DNA of 64,000 nucleotides from Macrostomum lignano (GCA_002269645.1 NIVC01000759.1:124001-188000); one strand, 5' to 3'. Shown: positions 50,501 to 64,000, numbered from the stretch's first letter. Numbers and translations: made by a program. Notes: generated from the sequence alone by a model not told the origin.

Positions 50501-50953
50501 CTTCTTGCAATGGTGTGGGCAATGAAGCACTTCCGAAACTACCCGTGGGAGATGGTGCAGGTGGACATTAAGGGGCCCCTGCCTACGACCGAGGCTGGCC
50601 TCAAGCACATCATCTGCTTCACGGATGTGTTTTCAAAGTGGGTCAAGGCGACGGCAGTGACAAACATCGAAGCCCGCACGGTGGCTGAGGCAATGCTGCG
50701 TAGTGTGATTCTTCGCCATGGGTCGCCTGGAATCATCCATTCCAATCAAGGTCGTCAATTCGAAAGCGAGGTCTTCAAAGAACTGTGCAAGCGGCTCGAT
50801 ATTCGCAAGACAAGGACGACCCCGTTTCATCCAAGCGGCAACCCAGTGGTCGAGCGGTTTAACAGAACATTGGGCGACATGCTGGCGGCCTACTGCATGG
50901 AACAGCACGACAAGTGGGCGGACTTCCTGCCGTATGTCATCTGGGCGATATGA
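47560..50953 (+). mobile_element. Decayed Ty3/Gypsy LTR retrotransposon: 5' LTR, PBS, gag, protease, RT, partial RNase H and integrase core; 3' end missing
   Basis: LTR 47560-47711 (TGTAAA...TTTACA); PBS TGGTGGCAGCGGT at 47713-47725; two CCHC knuckles (CFNCAQPGHFAAQC, CSRCSGRGHRAEVC); FDTGA; SPWASN, YMDD; VAYASRVL; [26 protein letters not shown]. Several frameshifts and stops. Confidence 0.92.
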
Positions 50954-51279
50954 TTTGCAAAAAAAACTCATATTTATAATTATATTAATAATTTATCTGC
51001 CTCTAGAAAAGATCCCAAACAAACCAGAAACTGAAAAAGGATCAATTTCTCGAGTGCAAGAATCCACGAAAAAGCAGACATGTGATCTTGATTATACGAT
51101 ATGTTTATTTAAATAGTTTTTAAGGAAACTACAGACATTAAATATTTTATAGACTTCATAAAGACTCGAGAAAGCCGAATAAGCAGAATCAATAAGCTTC
51201 TAATTTTGAAAAGAACTCTACTGGACACTCTACATAGTGACAGACTGACAAAAGGATAGAAAATAATATATGGCTGCTA

Positions 51280-51702
51280 CACTCAGCAACATTGAACACT
51301 GACTGGGGAGAGTGCAGACCACGCGCATCCCGCATCGGTCACAGGTCAGTAAAAACTTACGTCTAGAGAGAGGCTACTCGATTTACTCTGGCTAACGTAC
51401 TGTACTCGCGATGGTCCCGTCAGATGACAGACTGTGAGGGATGGCGCGCTGTCAGCATGCTGGAAGCCGGCATGCCAGTTCGGGCTGCTGTCTGTCCACT
51501 CTGTGCGGTGCAAACTGGAGTCTACAGAGAAAGTCTAGAGAGGCAGGCAGATGTAACACACGAAAGTATTAAAATTCAGTGCGAACAACAGATTATTGTT
51601 CCTGAAAACAACTAGCTCTTTTTCAGAACGACAGTTACGTAGCAAGCCCCATCGGACCCGCGGCGTTTTGGGTGTTTTGGGTGTTTTCAATGTTGCTGAG
51701 TG
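51280..51702 (+). mobile_element. Tc1/mariner deletion derivative
   Basis: Perfect 17-bp TIR CACTCAGCAACATTGAA; TA on the left flank; internal MTDCEGWRAVSMLEAGM resembles a Tc1 transposase N-terminus. Confidence 0.75.
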
Positions 51703-51818
51703 GAGTGTGGAAGGTGTGCTCAGACAGAAAACGGGGCAAACTAAACTAGTAAAAGAAAAATAAATATTTGTTTTTAGGTTCATTATGTTTTTTTAAACTG
51801 ATCTTGCTCTCATGTAAC

Positions 51819-54800
51819 TCAACGAAGTCGGCTTCCAACGTGCCACTGCAGTTCTTCAATTCTCTCCATCAGGGACGCAGCTCGACCGTCCAAACCTGGG
51901 CAAGTGGTATTTTTAGAACGATTTGGAAAGCGCTGTTAAGCGAAATTCTTCTTATCAAGTTGCTTACTAATCAAATACTTCGTCAAATCTACTGACCTCA
52001 AAGTCAGTTTCATTCTGTCCAAACAGGGTTACTACGAGTATATAAAGGAAAAATTTCGACATGTCCAATTTCCAGCTTTTTCAGAAGCCAGCTTCTGAAG
52101 CGCACCTTTGTAATAAGCGAAAATAAAATGGTCTGTCCTAGCTTGGAATTCGGTGAGGATAATATATGAGCAAAAAAAGCTAAAGGCTTTTAAAAACAGG
52201 AACATACCATTTGGATTGTCTGAATCAATGTACTGTGCGCGACGCTCCGAATGAAAAACGGACTTGAAAGTCTGAAAAACGGTGTCGATGACCTGGAAAG
52301 CCTCTTGCTGCTGCTCGTCGTCGCTGGAGTTGGTCGCATCCGCATAGCTCTCATTCAGCAGAACCACAAAGATGTTCAGCACTATGAACACGATCGTGAA
52401 TGTGTAGGAGAAGAACAGGATCTTGTACAGTGCGCTGCGGCTGTCTTCAAAAGTGGCATTGAACTTTCCCAGCATCACGGACAGCTGTGTGATCATCGTC
52501 TGCATCAGACTGCGGTACTCTCCGTCCACGGGTCCCAGAACCAGATTGGCGATGAAGGCGAAGGCCAAGAAGATTACGAGAAACACCCAGAAGAATGACC
52601 TCAGCTCCGACAGCGAGTTCCTCAGAGTGCCCGACAGGTGGGCAAGACTGCGGGAGTAGCGGACCAGGTTGAGAAAGCCGATCTGGACGAGAAACATGGC
52701 GATGCCGAGGCAGTAGTAGAACGACTCGTCGAAGAACATGACAGTTTCCAGATTGCCAGAGTTGGAGTTCTGCATGGACTCCAGGGCTGCAACTGTGGCG
52801 AAGCTGCGCAGCAGAAGAAACACGAGGCCGGCAATCATGGTGAGGTTTGTGAGCAGGTGCGACACATTCCACGGATTGGAGAAGTGTTTTGAGAAGCCCT
52901 GAAGCCAACAAGACCGCAGTTGCAGCAGCAACAGTACCAGAGTGATTGCAGCGGCCAGCAGCTCAGCACACAGTCGAAGGGCTCCGCTGGCGCCGATGTA
53001 CCGGTAAAGGCTCGTTGATCGCAGACTGGCGGAGCTCAAGGCACCGCCGAACGGAGGCAGCTCGGTCAGGATGGACACGGATGTAAAGAAGTTGGTGTCA
53101 GGGTAGAACAAGCTGCATTCAAGCAGCACTGCTCGTGTGTAGTTATCAATCCAATGACAATGCGTGGCCTCTTGCAGGAGCGAGAGGGCTTTGGAGAAGT
53201 TGTTTGGCAGGTCGAGCACGTAGCCCCTTCCGCTGTATGAGTTGTACGTGCCCCATGTTGGCCACGGGGTGACCGTTCTGGCGTGGAATGCAGCGTCAAG
53301 GCCGCTCCCAGTGTGGTTGCAGGGCAGTTGGGTGCGCCAGCCGATGCCGTAGCAGCTGCGATCCTCAGTGCTCGCACTGTACTCGGCAGACACTGCCAGA
53401 GAGTCGCGCCACACGGGACGCACCCTGAGCTGTCGCAGCTTCACGCGACCCAACCGGAAGCCAACACCATCGGAGATGAACTTCTGCTCAGCTTCACTCA
53501 ATGGTTGGCCATTCGCTGCGACAGTCGGATAGAGATTCGGTAGAACCGTGTGGTTCAGCCAGGTGTGAATGTCCTCCCATTTCTGCACCTGGAATTCGTC
53601 AGGGAAGTGCAAACATAAGAAACAGGGAGCACAGCTTTTATCCCAATATTGCAAAAAGGCCTTATTGCAAACCTTGTCAAGGCTGAACTGAGGACTCGGC
53701 TGGTTCACGGTAAGCCGCATCTTCAAGCCGTTGTTCAGGTGAAACACGACCGGATCCATGGAGCCATAGCAGACGCAGTACAAAAGGAACAGGTACGCAA
53801 GGTTCAGGCCGATGCTGATCGCTGTTGACTTTGCCTTCTTGCGGAGTGCGTCGTTCGACTGCGAAGCGAGGACGTCTTGGAGAAGCATGAACTTCTCTGA
53901 AATTTGATGAATAATAACATATTTCTACAGCATAAAAGAAAGTATTTCAGAACACTCAAAATCTCACCTCGACCGTCATGAATCTCGCGAACTCGGACGC
54001 TGTGGGCATCCATGGAGTCGTAGTCCTTCCTCATCAGCAGAGCCAGTACCAACCCGACAGCCAACACTTTCAGCGGCTGGAGAAGCAACACCGTCTCAAA
54101 GAAGGAAAAGAAAAACGCAAGCAACCAGCCTTCCGACTTCTCCTTGCCCCAGTCCATTGCATAGAAGACAATGAACACGCCGGCAGTGAGCACACTTAAA
54201 ACGAGAAGCACCCAACCAACGTACTGGCACCAGTGAGGCAGAGAGAATTTAGAGATCCAGGTCTTCTCTTCCTCCTCAGACTCAGTCTCATCCTCGGTCG
54301 TCGCCGCATCGCTGTTAATAACGCGCCGACTTCGATTCGACTGAGGTCGGTACCGCTGCGCAGCTTCGGTATGTTGCGACTGTCGCTTGGACTTGAGAAA
54401 CAGCAGGACAGTCGCCATGGACACGGGCAGCACTGTGAGCGCACCGAGTATTGAAGTGATGAGGGAGCCGTAGGAAACCTTCACCGGTCCGATTCGGAAG
54501 GCCTCCGACGAGCTGTCGGCGACTTCGTACCTGCAGGAATCAGGCAGGGCAAATCAAGCAAGAGGTTGCTGGATTTCATTTTACTACTTGTACTCTTTAT
54601 ACTCATTGTAAAAATGAGATACGTTGAAGTTGAATACACTCATACCACATGGCATTGGCAATCATCGTCATGAAGAGTAGACTCCAGCACACTCCGAGAC
54701 GCTGCAATCGACTGAAGTTTGTGTCCACTTTCCGTCGCAGCATTGAGAACCAGATGTGGTCATCCTGCATCCGTCTGCTCAGGTGATTGCGGACGAGGTT

Positions 54801-57800
54801 CTTTGAGAACTTGAGGTCGATCGATGAGGCGCAGTTGACAGCAGAGTCGATGCCCGGACTCAACCAGTCTTCAATCACAAAGATGTACTTGTTGTCGTTG
54901 GTGCAGTCAGTGACGATCAGGCGACTGACGTACCATCGGCCGGCACCGGACTCGGTCTTGTCAAATGTCAGACAGATGGATCGAATGTCACCCAGATGCG
55001 CTTTAGTCGTCATCAGGAAGTTGTCAACACCTCCGCTTTCAAAGTTCTGTAAGGTTCGAATTGTAACTAATCTGAAAATCAGTTTACCTTGAGTCAAAAA
55101 ATTCGGAAAGTAAAAAAACAAGAAGCTGACCCGTCTCTCTCCGTCATCCAGAGTTCTCAGTAGCTCGCTCGCATTCAGGCCTTTAACTGAGATGAAGACT
55201 CCAACAGGGACTTCATAGCCTCTTTTCGACCCGTTGAATACCTCGATTTTGTAGACGAAGCCCTTCTGCTCCCGCTCGTCTTTCAGGGGCAAAAATTGAA
55301 ACTGAAATGAGAGATGACTCACAGTAAGTCAACTGGTTTACAAGACATAAAACACGACTCATCAGAGCTGGGCTGACTGCTCACCTTCTGTGCGTCCCGC
55401 AGGTCCATTCGTCTCAGTAACACTGCCAGAGGAATGAACAGAACCCACAGAACGATCACAACAGACAGCACTGCCCTGCTTTCGCTCAGCTTGCCCTGCC
55501 AGTTTTCGAACAGCTCGCCGAAGTCGATCGTGTTGGGCACGAATGAGATTCCAGCTCCGATGCTGCCGAATAGGTTCACCTTGAAAGCCGGCCTCGCCAC
55601 CGCCGTCTGCTCGCTTGCCTGAAAGTTAGAGTGATCGATTTGCAAATCAGACTCGAATTCTAGCTCTAAAATTGTGAGCTCGACTGTCACTTAAGTCGTC
55701 TTACCTGGCACTTGGAGGTGTCCAACAGGCGCCACTCGTCGACCCCGCTGTCCCATGCGTAGCACTGTTGAGTGGAGATTCCCAGATGATACAGCAAGGT
55801 GCAGTTGCTGCAAGTCAGTGAGCCAGACGAGTCCCTTGAGCAGCCGAGCTTCCTCACTCCTACGAACACCGTTTGGTTAATTGAGAACATATCAGCTGGA
55901 ATGAAAATCAGCTCCTTTGTTGCGGTGTCATTGGTCGAGTTGAGTGACTGCGGCACTACTCGGTGGAGAGTGTAGTTAAGAGGATCTGGCGCGGTGCCTT
56001 CGTGCAGGAAAACTTCGAGCTGATGTCCAGCATCGGGTTGGATGACGAGCTGGACGACCTCTCCTGTTGCATTGAAGCTGTGATACATCATGAGCCACTT
56101 ATCAGTAGGAGTCTTAGCCACTCTGAGCAGCGGTACCTGAGCTCCGGCCAGCTGCATCTCATAGGTCGGAGAAGAGGAAGCTGACCGCCTTGATCTGCCA
56201 TGGGATGGTGGAAAGTCGTAAAATCTGCATCCTTGCGATCGTCCACGAAGGAAAGACGTTGTGACTTTGGACTCCGACTGACTCCAGTGGTACGGATCGG
56301 CTGCGCTCATCATGAACGTGATGTTGCATTTGCCGGACGGATCTGCCGCGCTAAACCTCGGCAGTGAGACGCTTCCCATATCTGTTTCCACCTTCGCTCC
56401 AGTGACATTTGCATCCTGAACGTCCTGTGTTATGCCCATTAGAGCGAAGCCGGGTTCGACCTTCGTGAAGTTGCTGACAGACTCAAGTGCTAGAAGCCCG
56501 ATAGAGTCAATACAGTCGAGTGTCTTCAGCATAACACCTTTGACGATGCTGCGGTTACTGTAGTTGCCAGCCCAAAATCCAGAGGCATTCCAAATGCTCA
56601 GCCCTGATTTGAGTTGATTGTCCTGAATTTCTTCGCTGGCTTTGTGCGACAGGTTCGCTCTTTCGATACGCGCTTGCTCGATGACTTTTCTCAAAGTTTT
56701 TGCTGCAAGTTCCTATAGCGATCGCGGAAAAGAAAATGCAAAAGTTCGAACTTTGCGTATTGTAGTTTAATTGAAAATTATTACCTGTCCAACGACATCC
56801 AACTGGCTTGATGTATTCACCCCAAGTCGCAGCAGGCTTGTTGTCATTTGCAATGCATCCGAGGAGAAGTTAAACGGAAAGGCGTCAACAAACTTTAAAT
56901 ATTTCAGTCTCATCTGCAATATTTTACAGGATAGCCAAATTTTCTCTTTCAGTATTGACAATTTCACTGAACGGAAAATTAAAATTTTTCATTGATTACC
57001 GTCGCCATCTGCAGCTGGAATGCGGCCAGATCGTCTGGAGACAATGCTGCTCCTTGGGCATCTTCGTTCCAAGCATTCATGGCCAGCGCGATTGACTTCA
57101 AAGTGACTGCCGCGGCGCTGTAGTCACCGGAGGACAAGAACCTGCTGACTATCGAATTGGCAGGATCCAGTAGGCCTTCTAAATCAGAAAGCAACTCGCT
57201 TGATGTGCCCGTCAGAGCCGAAATCTAAAACATTGACAGCATTTCTTGTTCTAGTGGTTCTTTCTAGACCAAAAATTTGACTAAAGATTCAGTGAGCAAG
57301 GCTTTCAGACTGACTGAAATGTTGACGGTGAAGATCGCCTCTGCGTAAAAAGAATCCGTGATTTTAAACTCAATGGTGCCCAAGCCGTTGCTTGCTCCGA
57401 CAGGCAGCAAAACAGTTGGAAAACTGGCGCTACTGGAGTCGAATCGAGTCGGCGACTCAGTCGGATTCCACCGGAAGAGTGTTGCCGAGTACGCCAGTGG
57501 AGCAACGAATGCTCCGAATTCCGTCCAGTTGGCGCAGGTCAGATGGGCCAGCGTCCTTATGTTAACCACTGAAGTAAATATAGATGAAATACATACAGGA
57601 GACCAGATCTGTTTCAGAGTTGAGTCACACAATGCTTGCGATCCAATAAAAATTGTCATAAAGGTCAGAAAATCTTAAGGAATGGTAAACTTTTCTCATC
57701 TTTAATAAGACGCTGCACAAAATAAAAATAGATAGGTGCAAAGCAATCTGCAAAACTGGTATTAAATTGCTAGCACATACCTCCAGGAGGATCCACGCGA

Positions 57801-60800
57801 CAGGTACCACCTACTGGAGGCCCATTCACGGTTATGTTGGCAACAAGGTATGAAGTCTCTTGACCCAGATTCCACAGCTGTCCCATCACTCTGTAGTAGG
57901 AGCTCTCCATCAGTGTGCCAGCCGAAATCGAGAGCTCCTGGCCATCGCTGCTTGACTGGCGAGTTCCCTCGATCTCGTCTCCGCTGACACCGAGCCGAAC
58001 AATCGTCAAGTTGCTGCTCACGGTAAAGAACTTGTGGCCACAGTTCTGCTCGCACACAAGTCTGTAGACGAGCGGTCTCTTGGCGACAACTTTGGCTCCG
58101 CAGTTCTGCTCGCAATCAAGTCGGCCTACGGGCTTCGGTTGTGACTCAACAAACACAGTCTTTGATTGCCAAACCTCTCTGGTGTCTTTTGTAAGACGGA
58201 CTCGGAACACATAGCTTGCGTTCGGAACAAGATCGAATGAGTTCACAGTGAGGGATCCCGCAATGGATGCGTTTCCCGAGTATACGACACCGGGTCCGTT
58301 ACCGAAGCAGCCTCTCAGCTCTGAGAGCGCTCTGGCTTCAGTCTGCGATGGGATGCTGATGGTGTTGGCTGAGTCTGACTCTTCAGGCCTAAAGCAGCTC
58401 CACTGAAACGTCATGCCGCTAAGATCTCCATCTTCCACGTCAAAGTCCGTGGCCGTCGCAGACGCATTTAGCACGAAGGTCTGATTGAATGAAACATATT
58501 CCGGACCAGTAATAGCTTCTAGACTCAATGGAGTCTTTGAGACGTTCAGCAATATCCACGCAGTCTCTGCCATAGCAGCATCCACAGTCAGCTCGGCAGT
58601 GAATGAGACATTGTACAGCCCGTATGGCAACATCCGACGCTGAACCAAGCACTGATCGGAGTTGTCAGTGCACAGAGGAAGCTGGGTAGATGATTGTTCA
58701 GCAATGATGGTCCAGTATGTGCTGATGTTGGTCAGCTTGGAGCAGTTGTATGGCGCCACGGCAGTGAGGTTGATTTGCTCGGACCTCCTGATTGTCTGCA
58801 CTGATGACACTTGCAATGAAGATGAGTCCGAGTCGAACAGTCTCAGCCTTGGCTTGTAGCAAGGGATGTCAATCACGGTGGCAAATGTTTGCGCCGAGTC
58901 ATTGCTCACATTGTTGTAGGCGAAAATCAAGACAGAATGGACGCCTACTTTTGATAGATCTCGCTTCCAGGTGATTCGCAAGTTAGAGGGACTGACCTGT
59001 GTATAGGCTGGACTGTTCGGTGTTGCGATGGAACGGCAGGAATTATGCGCACCGAAAATTTCATTAATTAGGCTGGTCTGATTGTAGTACATGTGAATGC
59101 AGGTATCGTTTGGGAAACTTGTCATATCAAGCACGAATTCGACCGGCGTGCCAAGCCAAACCGTCCCGTTCGTGCTAAAGTTGGCTATTTTTACAGAGTC
59201 CTTGAGCACAACTATTGAAAAGTTCCGCTCGAGACCATCAATGCTCAATGGGTTCCAGCAGCTCATGCTCACACGCTGAGTTCCAATGGCTTCTACCGAA
59301 TATTCGAATGTCACAACTGCGTTTGAGCTGTCCGTCAGGTTTTCGATGAAGATTCTTTTCGATCCGTATGTGGAGAACTCGAAATCGCAAACAACGAGAC
59401 CAGCTTGCATATTGGGCTCATTGTTGATGACGAACTCAGCCCCCTCAAACGGCCACAGAACGCTTTGTCTGTAGGTGACGGATACGTTGACCAGTGGATT
59501 CAGTACAACGATAGGACTGATCTGAGCTGTTTGCCAACTCACTGGATTCGAGGCGTTGACTATAACAGTGTAGTTTCCTGCAGTTGAGTACGAGTGCGCC
59601 AGCACAGTCTCATTGCTCGAGGCGTACTTGCTCGGGTGAAAGGTAACGCTGTTTGGGGTGGAGTCACCAAATCTTGTTGTGAATTCGACTGAAGTTCCAT
59701 TGGACACTCGTATGGTAATACTCAAGTTTTGACCAGGCTGGACAAACACGTGACTGGCATTGGCTGTAAGTCCTGACACTGGCTCATTGCACACCACTGT
59801 TGAGTTTTTTGCGTACTGACTCACTAGATTCCAGCAGCGAACTGACAGAGTCATTTCCTCAGTAATGAGGTGCGGAGGACACTCAAGAGTCACAGTTTCA
59901 GTGGATTTTGATGCTGAAACGTATTGGAACTGATTCAGTAGACTGAACTGTGGTCCTGCAGCAAGGTTAACTTTGCAGCTCACATTTGTAGGTACTGCTC
60001 CGGTGTGGGTCACTGGAAAGTAAATGGTCGGTGTTGCGGTATGAAAATATGCCGACTGAGCCACTGCAGCGATAGGATTCTGCACAAGAATTCCTGATAC
60101 AGTTGAGCTCTCGTTGTTCATTGGGCTAGAAGCCAGAACGTGGATGTCATAAACTCCAGGAGCATTGAATGTGTGGGTGATGTTAATGGGCTGTGCATAG
60201 GACACAGGCTCAGGATGCACAATCACTTGGCTTGTACCATCAGTCATGTTCACCGTGTAGGTGACATCAGTACCATTTTGAACAGTGAGCTGCAGTGGAA
60301 ACTGCTCACTTGTGAGCAATACAGATTTATTGATTTTGATTTCAACGCCCTCGATTTCAAATGGTGTGTAGAGCCGAAGCTCAAAGTTTTTCGAGTACGC
60401 ACCACCTGGGTTTGTGCAGCGAACATTTGATGTAACAACCGATTTTCCAGGTTGATAGATGTAAGAAAAGCTAAGCGGAACTTCAAAGTAAAATTTGATG
60501 TCCTGATAAGATTGTGCTGCGCCTGAATAAAAGGTAAAGGTACAGTTTAGTTTTAAGTATCCTTGAGCTGCAGTTAGCGTACCAAATACAAAGGTAACAT
60601 TGTTTGGTTCCGGCAAGCGCTCGTACGAAGTTGTGATGTTTAACAAGCTGGCTGGATTCGGACTGACCAGGATAAGTTTTGTTTCTTCAAATTGGCTTAT
60701 TTCATTGCTGCAACTGTAGTTAACTAAGTATTCGCCATACGGCTGATTTAGCACGTGACTGACGGTAAATCTATATTTGCGGTAGCTGTCAATGCTTCCA

Positions 60801-63800
60801 TTTCGCTTCCAATTCCATGTGGCGTTGTACCCGTCCTGGATGAATATGACGCAATCCATGTAGGTGCCGGAAATCCAATAGAGCTCAAAAGTAGCCGCGA
60901 CGTTAGATAAAGTAAATTGCGGATTCTTTGCTTTTGGCCCAGTAATTTTAAGACCTGAAATTTTAATTTAATCTCTTTTTATAATTTAGTTCATAGATTT
61001 TCTTACCCTGGGATATTACTAACAATGAGTTAAAGGAGGGGCACAGCAAACCTTACCTGCGCAATCAAAAACTTTTGATATTGTGATGTCCTTCCAGTTG
61101 TTTTCTAAATTTGTGTCCACGTAGCTCGGATTGTCGGAATTGATCATCCCAACACGCAAAGTCACCTGCTCCGTCGTGCACTGCTGGAAGGTTAATAGGA
61201 ATGCAGCATCGCATATAACATTGGCAATCTGACCGACCAGCTGAATTCCTTGAGTTCGATCCTTTTCGATGCAGTTGATTCCTTCCATAACTAGCGGAGC
61301 AGTGGATGCATTTTGAAATAGGAATGAAATGTTGGGTTCGAAATTGATGCTGGGAGACAGCACGGGGTCGATCTTCGACCCGCTGAGCAGTCGAACTCCA
61401 AATGAGAAAGACGCGGTGTGGCGATACTCCGGAACCCACGGGTCGGTTGCATTGGGAAGCAGCGCTACAGTCTCCAGCGCAGCGTCCGAAACTGAAATCA
61501 AATTTATTGCTTTCTGCAATTAGCTACTTACGGGATAGATTGAATAATTTTTCGACAATCTATAAAACAAAGAACTATATCAATAATCCAAATGCATTCT
61601 AAGCAAAAGTCAAAAGTTCCATCCTCCCAAGATTGCGCGAGGCTGTTATGTATAAACGTATTTATAATCTTATTCTTTAAATACAATTTAATCCTTTGCG
61701 AGAACTTACTAATCGTGCAAAATGTCTCAACCGGATGGCATGCCAAGCTGTTGCTGATGTTGCTCTCCGAGTAGGACGAGTTCACTGAACTCGTTAGCAG
61801 GACACAGAAATGCGTCGTCTTGTTGCACTGATTTTGGCTTATTTCAAAAAGTGGAGCGTGGACGCTGACAGAAAAAGTGTCTCCGCTAGTGTACCCGCTC
61901 TTGAACACTGACTCGTTTGTGGTTTTCAACTCCACGTTAAATACAGAATTGGACAGGCAGAGTTTAGTTTGGCTTTCACTGCCTTCCAGATTCTGACAGT
62001 CACTTGTTACCAGATACAACAGTGCCATAAAGTTGTTTTCATACTCTGAACTCATTATAGGGCTGTTGAGATTCTTAACGAGTACCGAGAGATGGTACGA
62101 CACGGAAACATTTTCATGTCTCACCAAAGGATTCGGACTCAAATGGAACAATGTAAAATTGGATATTTCCGTGTCTCCTATTGGCTGACACACCTTCACG
62201 CTGTCAATGTCCATGCAGAAAGCGTTATTAGTCGGGTCGGAGTCGCGCACCGTTTCATTTTCCGACGCGCTGAAGCCGATGCACAGGTAGGACGCTGAGA
62301 CGCACTGGCCTCCTTCCGGCATCGTGAAGTTGGCGGTTATGACGAACTCAAACTCCTCATAAAGCTTATATGAGCCTTGCAGGTTGCCTTCAATGACAGT
62401 CACAGGGTTGTGTTGGAGGTAAAACTCCTGGTCAACTGGAGGATACACGCTTGACGACTTGTTCAGAAAGTAAGAGAAAAAATTCGCCAGAACTGTTGGC
62501 GGAGCAGCCTCTGGAATGTCGGCGCTGCCACTTGCGTGCTTCAGACGGATTGTTGCCGTGTACCGACTGGCGCAGCCGCGAACCGGCACTGGGTCGAAAG
62601 TAACGTTAAAAGCAACGATGCTCATGTCCACCGTGATGGTGCAGACTGGCTGGCCCTGGTCTTGAAGATTCGCGCAGCCGCACTGAGGCGTGAGCGCTGA
62701 GCCACGAGGAATGCACACGGTCATATTCTCACTTGAGCACTCGGCATCCATAGTGCACGCATCGCTCACCTGGCCTGATTCTGTTGCTGAATTCGAATCG
62801 AGATAGGTAAAGGCAAATGAGTTGAGCAATAATTAATGAACCAGAGAGTCTAGCTATATAACGCAACTTTGAGTGTAAACAGTGTGTTTCTCACCCTTTG
62901 GGATCATCTTCGGCGCAAACAGCCGCATTCGAACCGACACACCGTTGTCGGCAGGCAGGTCTGGCATCCATCGAGGAGCTCCATTTGAATCTGCTGCCAG
63001 CTTGACAAGATTTTTGCCATCGCACTGACTTTGCCACCACGGTGAGAGCGGCTGGGCACAAGACAGGTTTGAGAACAGGCCGAACTGAGCGTTGTTCAGC
63101 TCAACAAAGGTGTACTCGTCCAGAGTTCCCGTCCGGCAGTCTTTCGCGTGCATCGGGTAGCCGCCCGCTCGAGACCCGACCCACCACTCTTTGCACTCGA
63201 CATACTTGCCGAGTCCCTGCGAGTTCGTGGCCTCCAGCCTCAGTGTCAGCGGCCACTGACTCGCAAAGTATGTCGGCAGCAGCTCGAGGAAGTCGAGTCC
63301 GGTCCAGAAGCTCATCTGGTCAGCTTGCGTGAAGTTGAAGTCCATGGCGGGTCGGTCCAGAGCGAATCCAGTGCGGTAGTCGACTGGGTGCGTCCGGTCT
63401 CCAGGTTCGGGGACAGCTTCTGGTACACGACCAGGGAGTTTCGGAAGCAAGGCAGGGTGGCGGATCCGAGGTAGGGGTGCTCGAGCGTTACTGATTGAGT
63501 GCCATTGCAGATTGCCTGATCAATCACTGTAATGCGCATTGTCAAATAAACAAATGGATCTGAAGTCATTATGAATTTATGTTGCTGGTAATAATGGAAG
63601 CAATTACAAGCTTTGGCATCTTGCCTGTTAGGTTTTTCGCTCGGACGAAAAGATCCATTTTGATTCCTAAGCTGCGATCCCACGTTGTCGTCAACCGCAG
63701 TTTGTCCGTGTAGGCCAGGTTAACGATGAGGTAGTACACCGGGGTGAAAATTGTCGACTTCGGTATCTTTACTGGAGCCTGGAACAGAGTTTCAGGACAT

Positions 63801-64000
63801 GCGATTAAAGCCAACTCTCTGCTCTCTGTTGAAGTCACTTTTTAGTCAATGAAGAATAAATTAATAATATTCCTAATATTCTTAATAATAATAATATTTT
63901 TGGTACTGAAGCCAATTTTCATTGGTTTTATTTAAACTGAAGGTCGATTCACTAACAGCATAGCTTGCTTGCGATTAACGTCATGACGCGTCTGGTGGAA
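51819..64000 (-). CDS. PKD1L: Polycystin-1-like gene, copy 2 (5' part beyond the window). Exons include ~63526-62895 (FReD, frameshifted), 60954-57781, 56712-55705, 55618-55385, 55301-55131, 55046-54646, 54530-53968, 53896-53673, 53588-52208, 51895-51819
   Basis: Same exon order and domains as copy 1, offset by ~25.0-25.7 kb; channel, PLAT, REJ and FReD segments are nearly identical to copy 1. A 1-nt deletion lies at ~63388. Confidence 0.85.

Noticed and set aside
52032-53888. 618-aa single-exon ORF implying intron loss in copy 2
   Set aside because: The ORF reads through an 84-nt GT-AG intron (53589-53672) that matches the 99-nt intron of copy 1.

Overview
Eukaryotic (invertebrate animal) genomic DNA; the satellite-stuffed introns and GC3-rich exons suggest a free-living flatworm such as Macrostomum, but this is an inference only. 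The window has two compartments. (1) 1-22 kb: the 3' five exons of a V-ATPase a-subunit gene (+), a PPP1R42/LRRC67 gene (-) and a FEZ/UNC-76 gene (+), with about a dozen tandem arrays (6-91 bp units) filling introns and intergenic gaps. (2) 22-64 kb: a 5'-truncated RTE-type LINE with an 11-bp TSD, a Crypton-like relic with GC hairpins, and two tandem polycystin-1-like (11-TM) genes on the minus strand about 25 kb apart, separated by a decayed Ty3/Gypsy element and a Tc1 relic. Copy 1 introns hold a SINE, a Tc1 relic, a solo LTR and a hAT-like MITE. Best leads: the polycystin ectodomain carries discoidin-like, C-type-lectin and fibrinogen-related domains; the two paralogs alternate near-identical and strongly diverged blocks; the GPS autoproteolysis motif is degenerate; and the FEZ gene lacks a usable start codon but has an in-frame acceptor that could take an AUG from a spliced leader. 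All domain calls are by-eye motif recognition without database searches. Exons of polycystin copy 1 between about 41.7 and 45.4 kb are unresolved.
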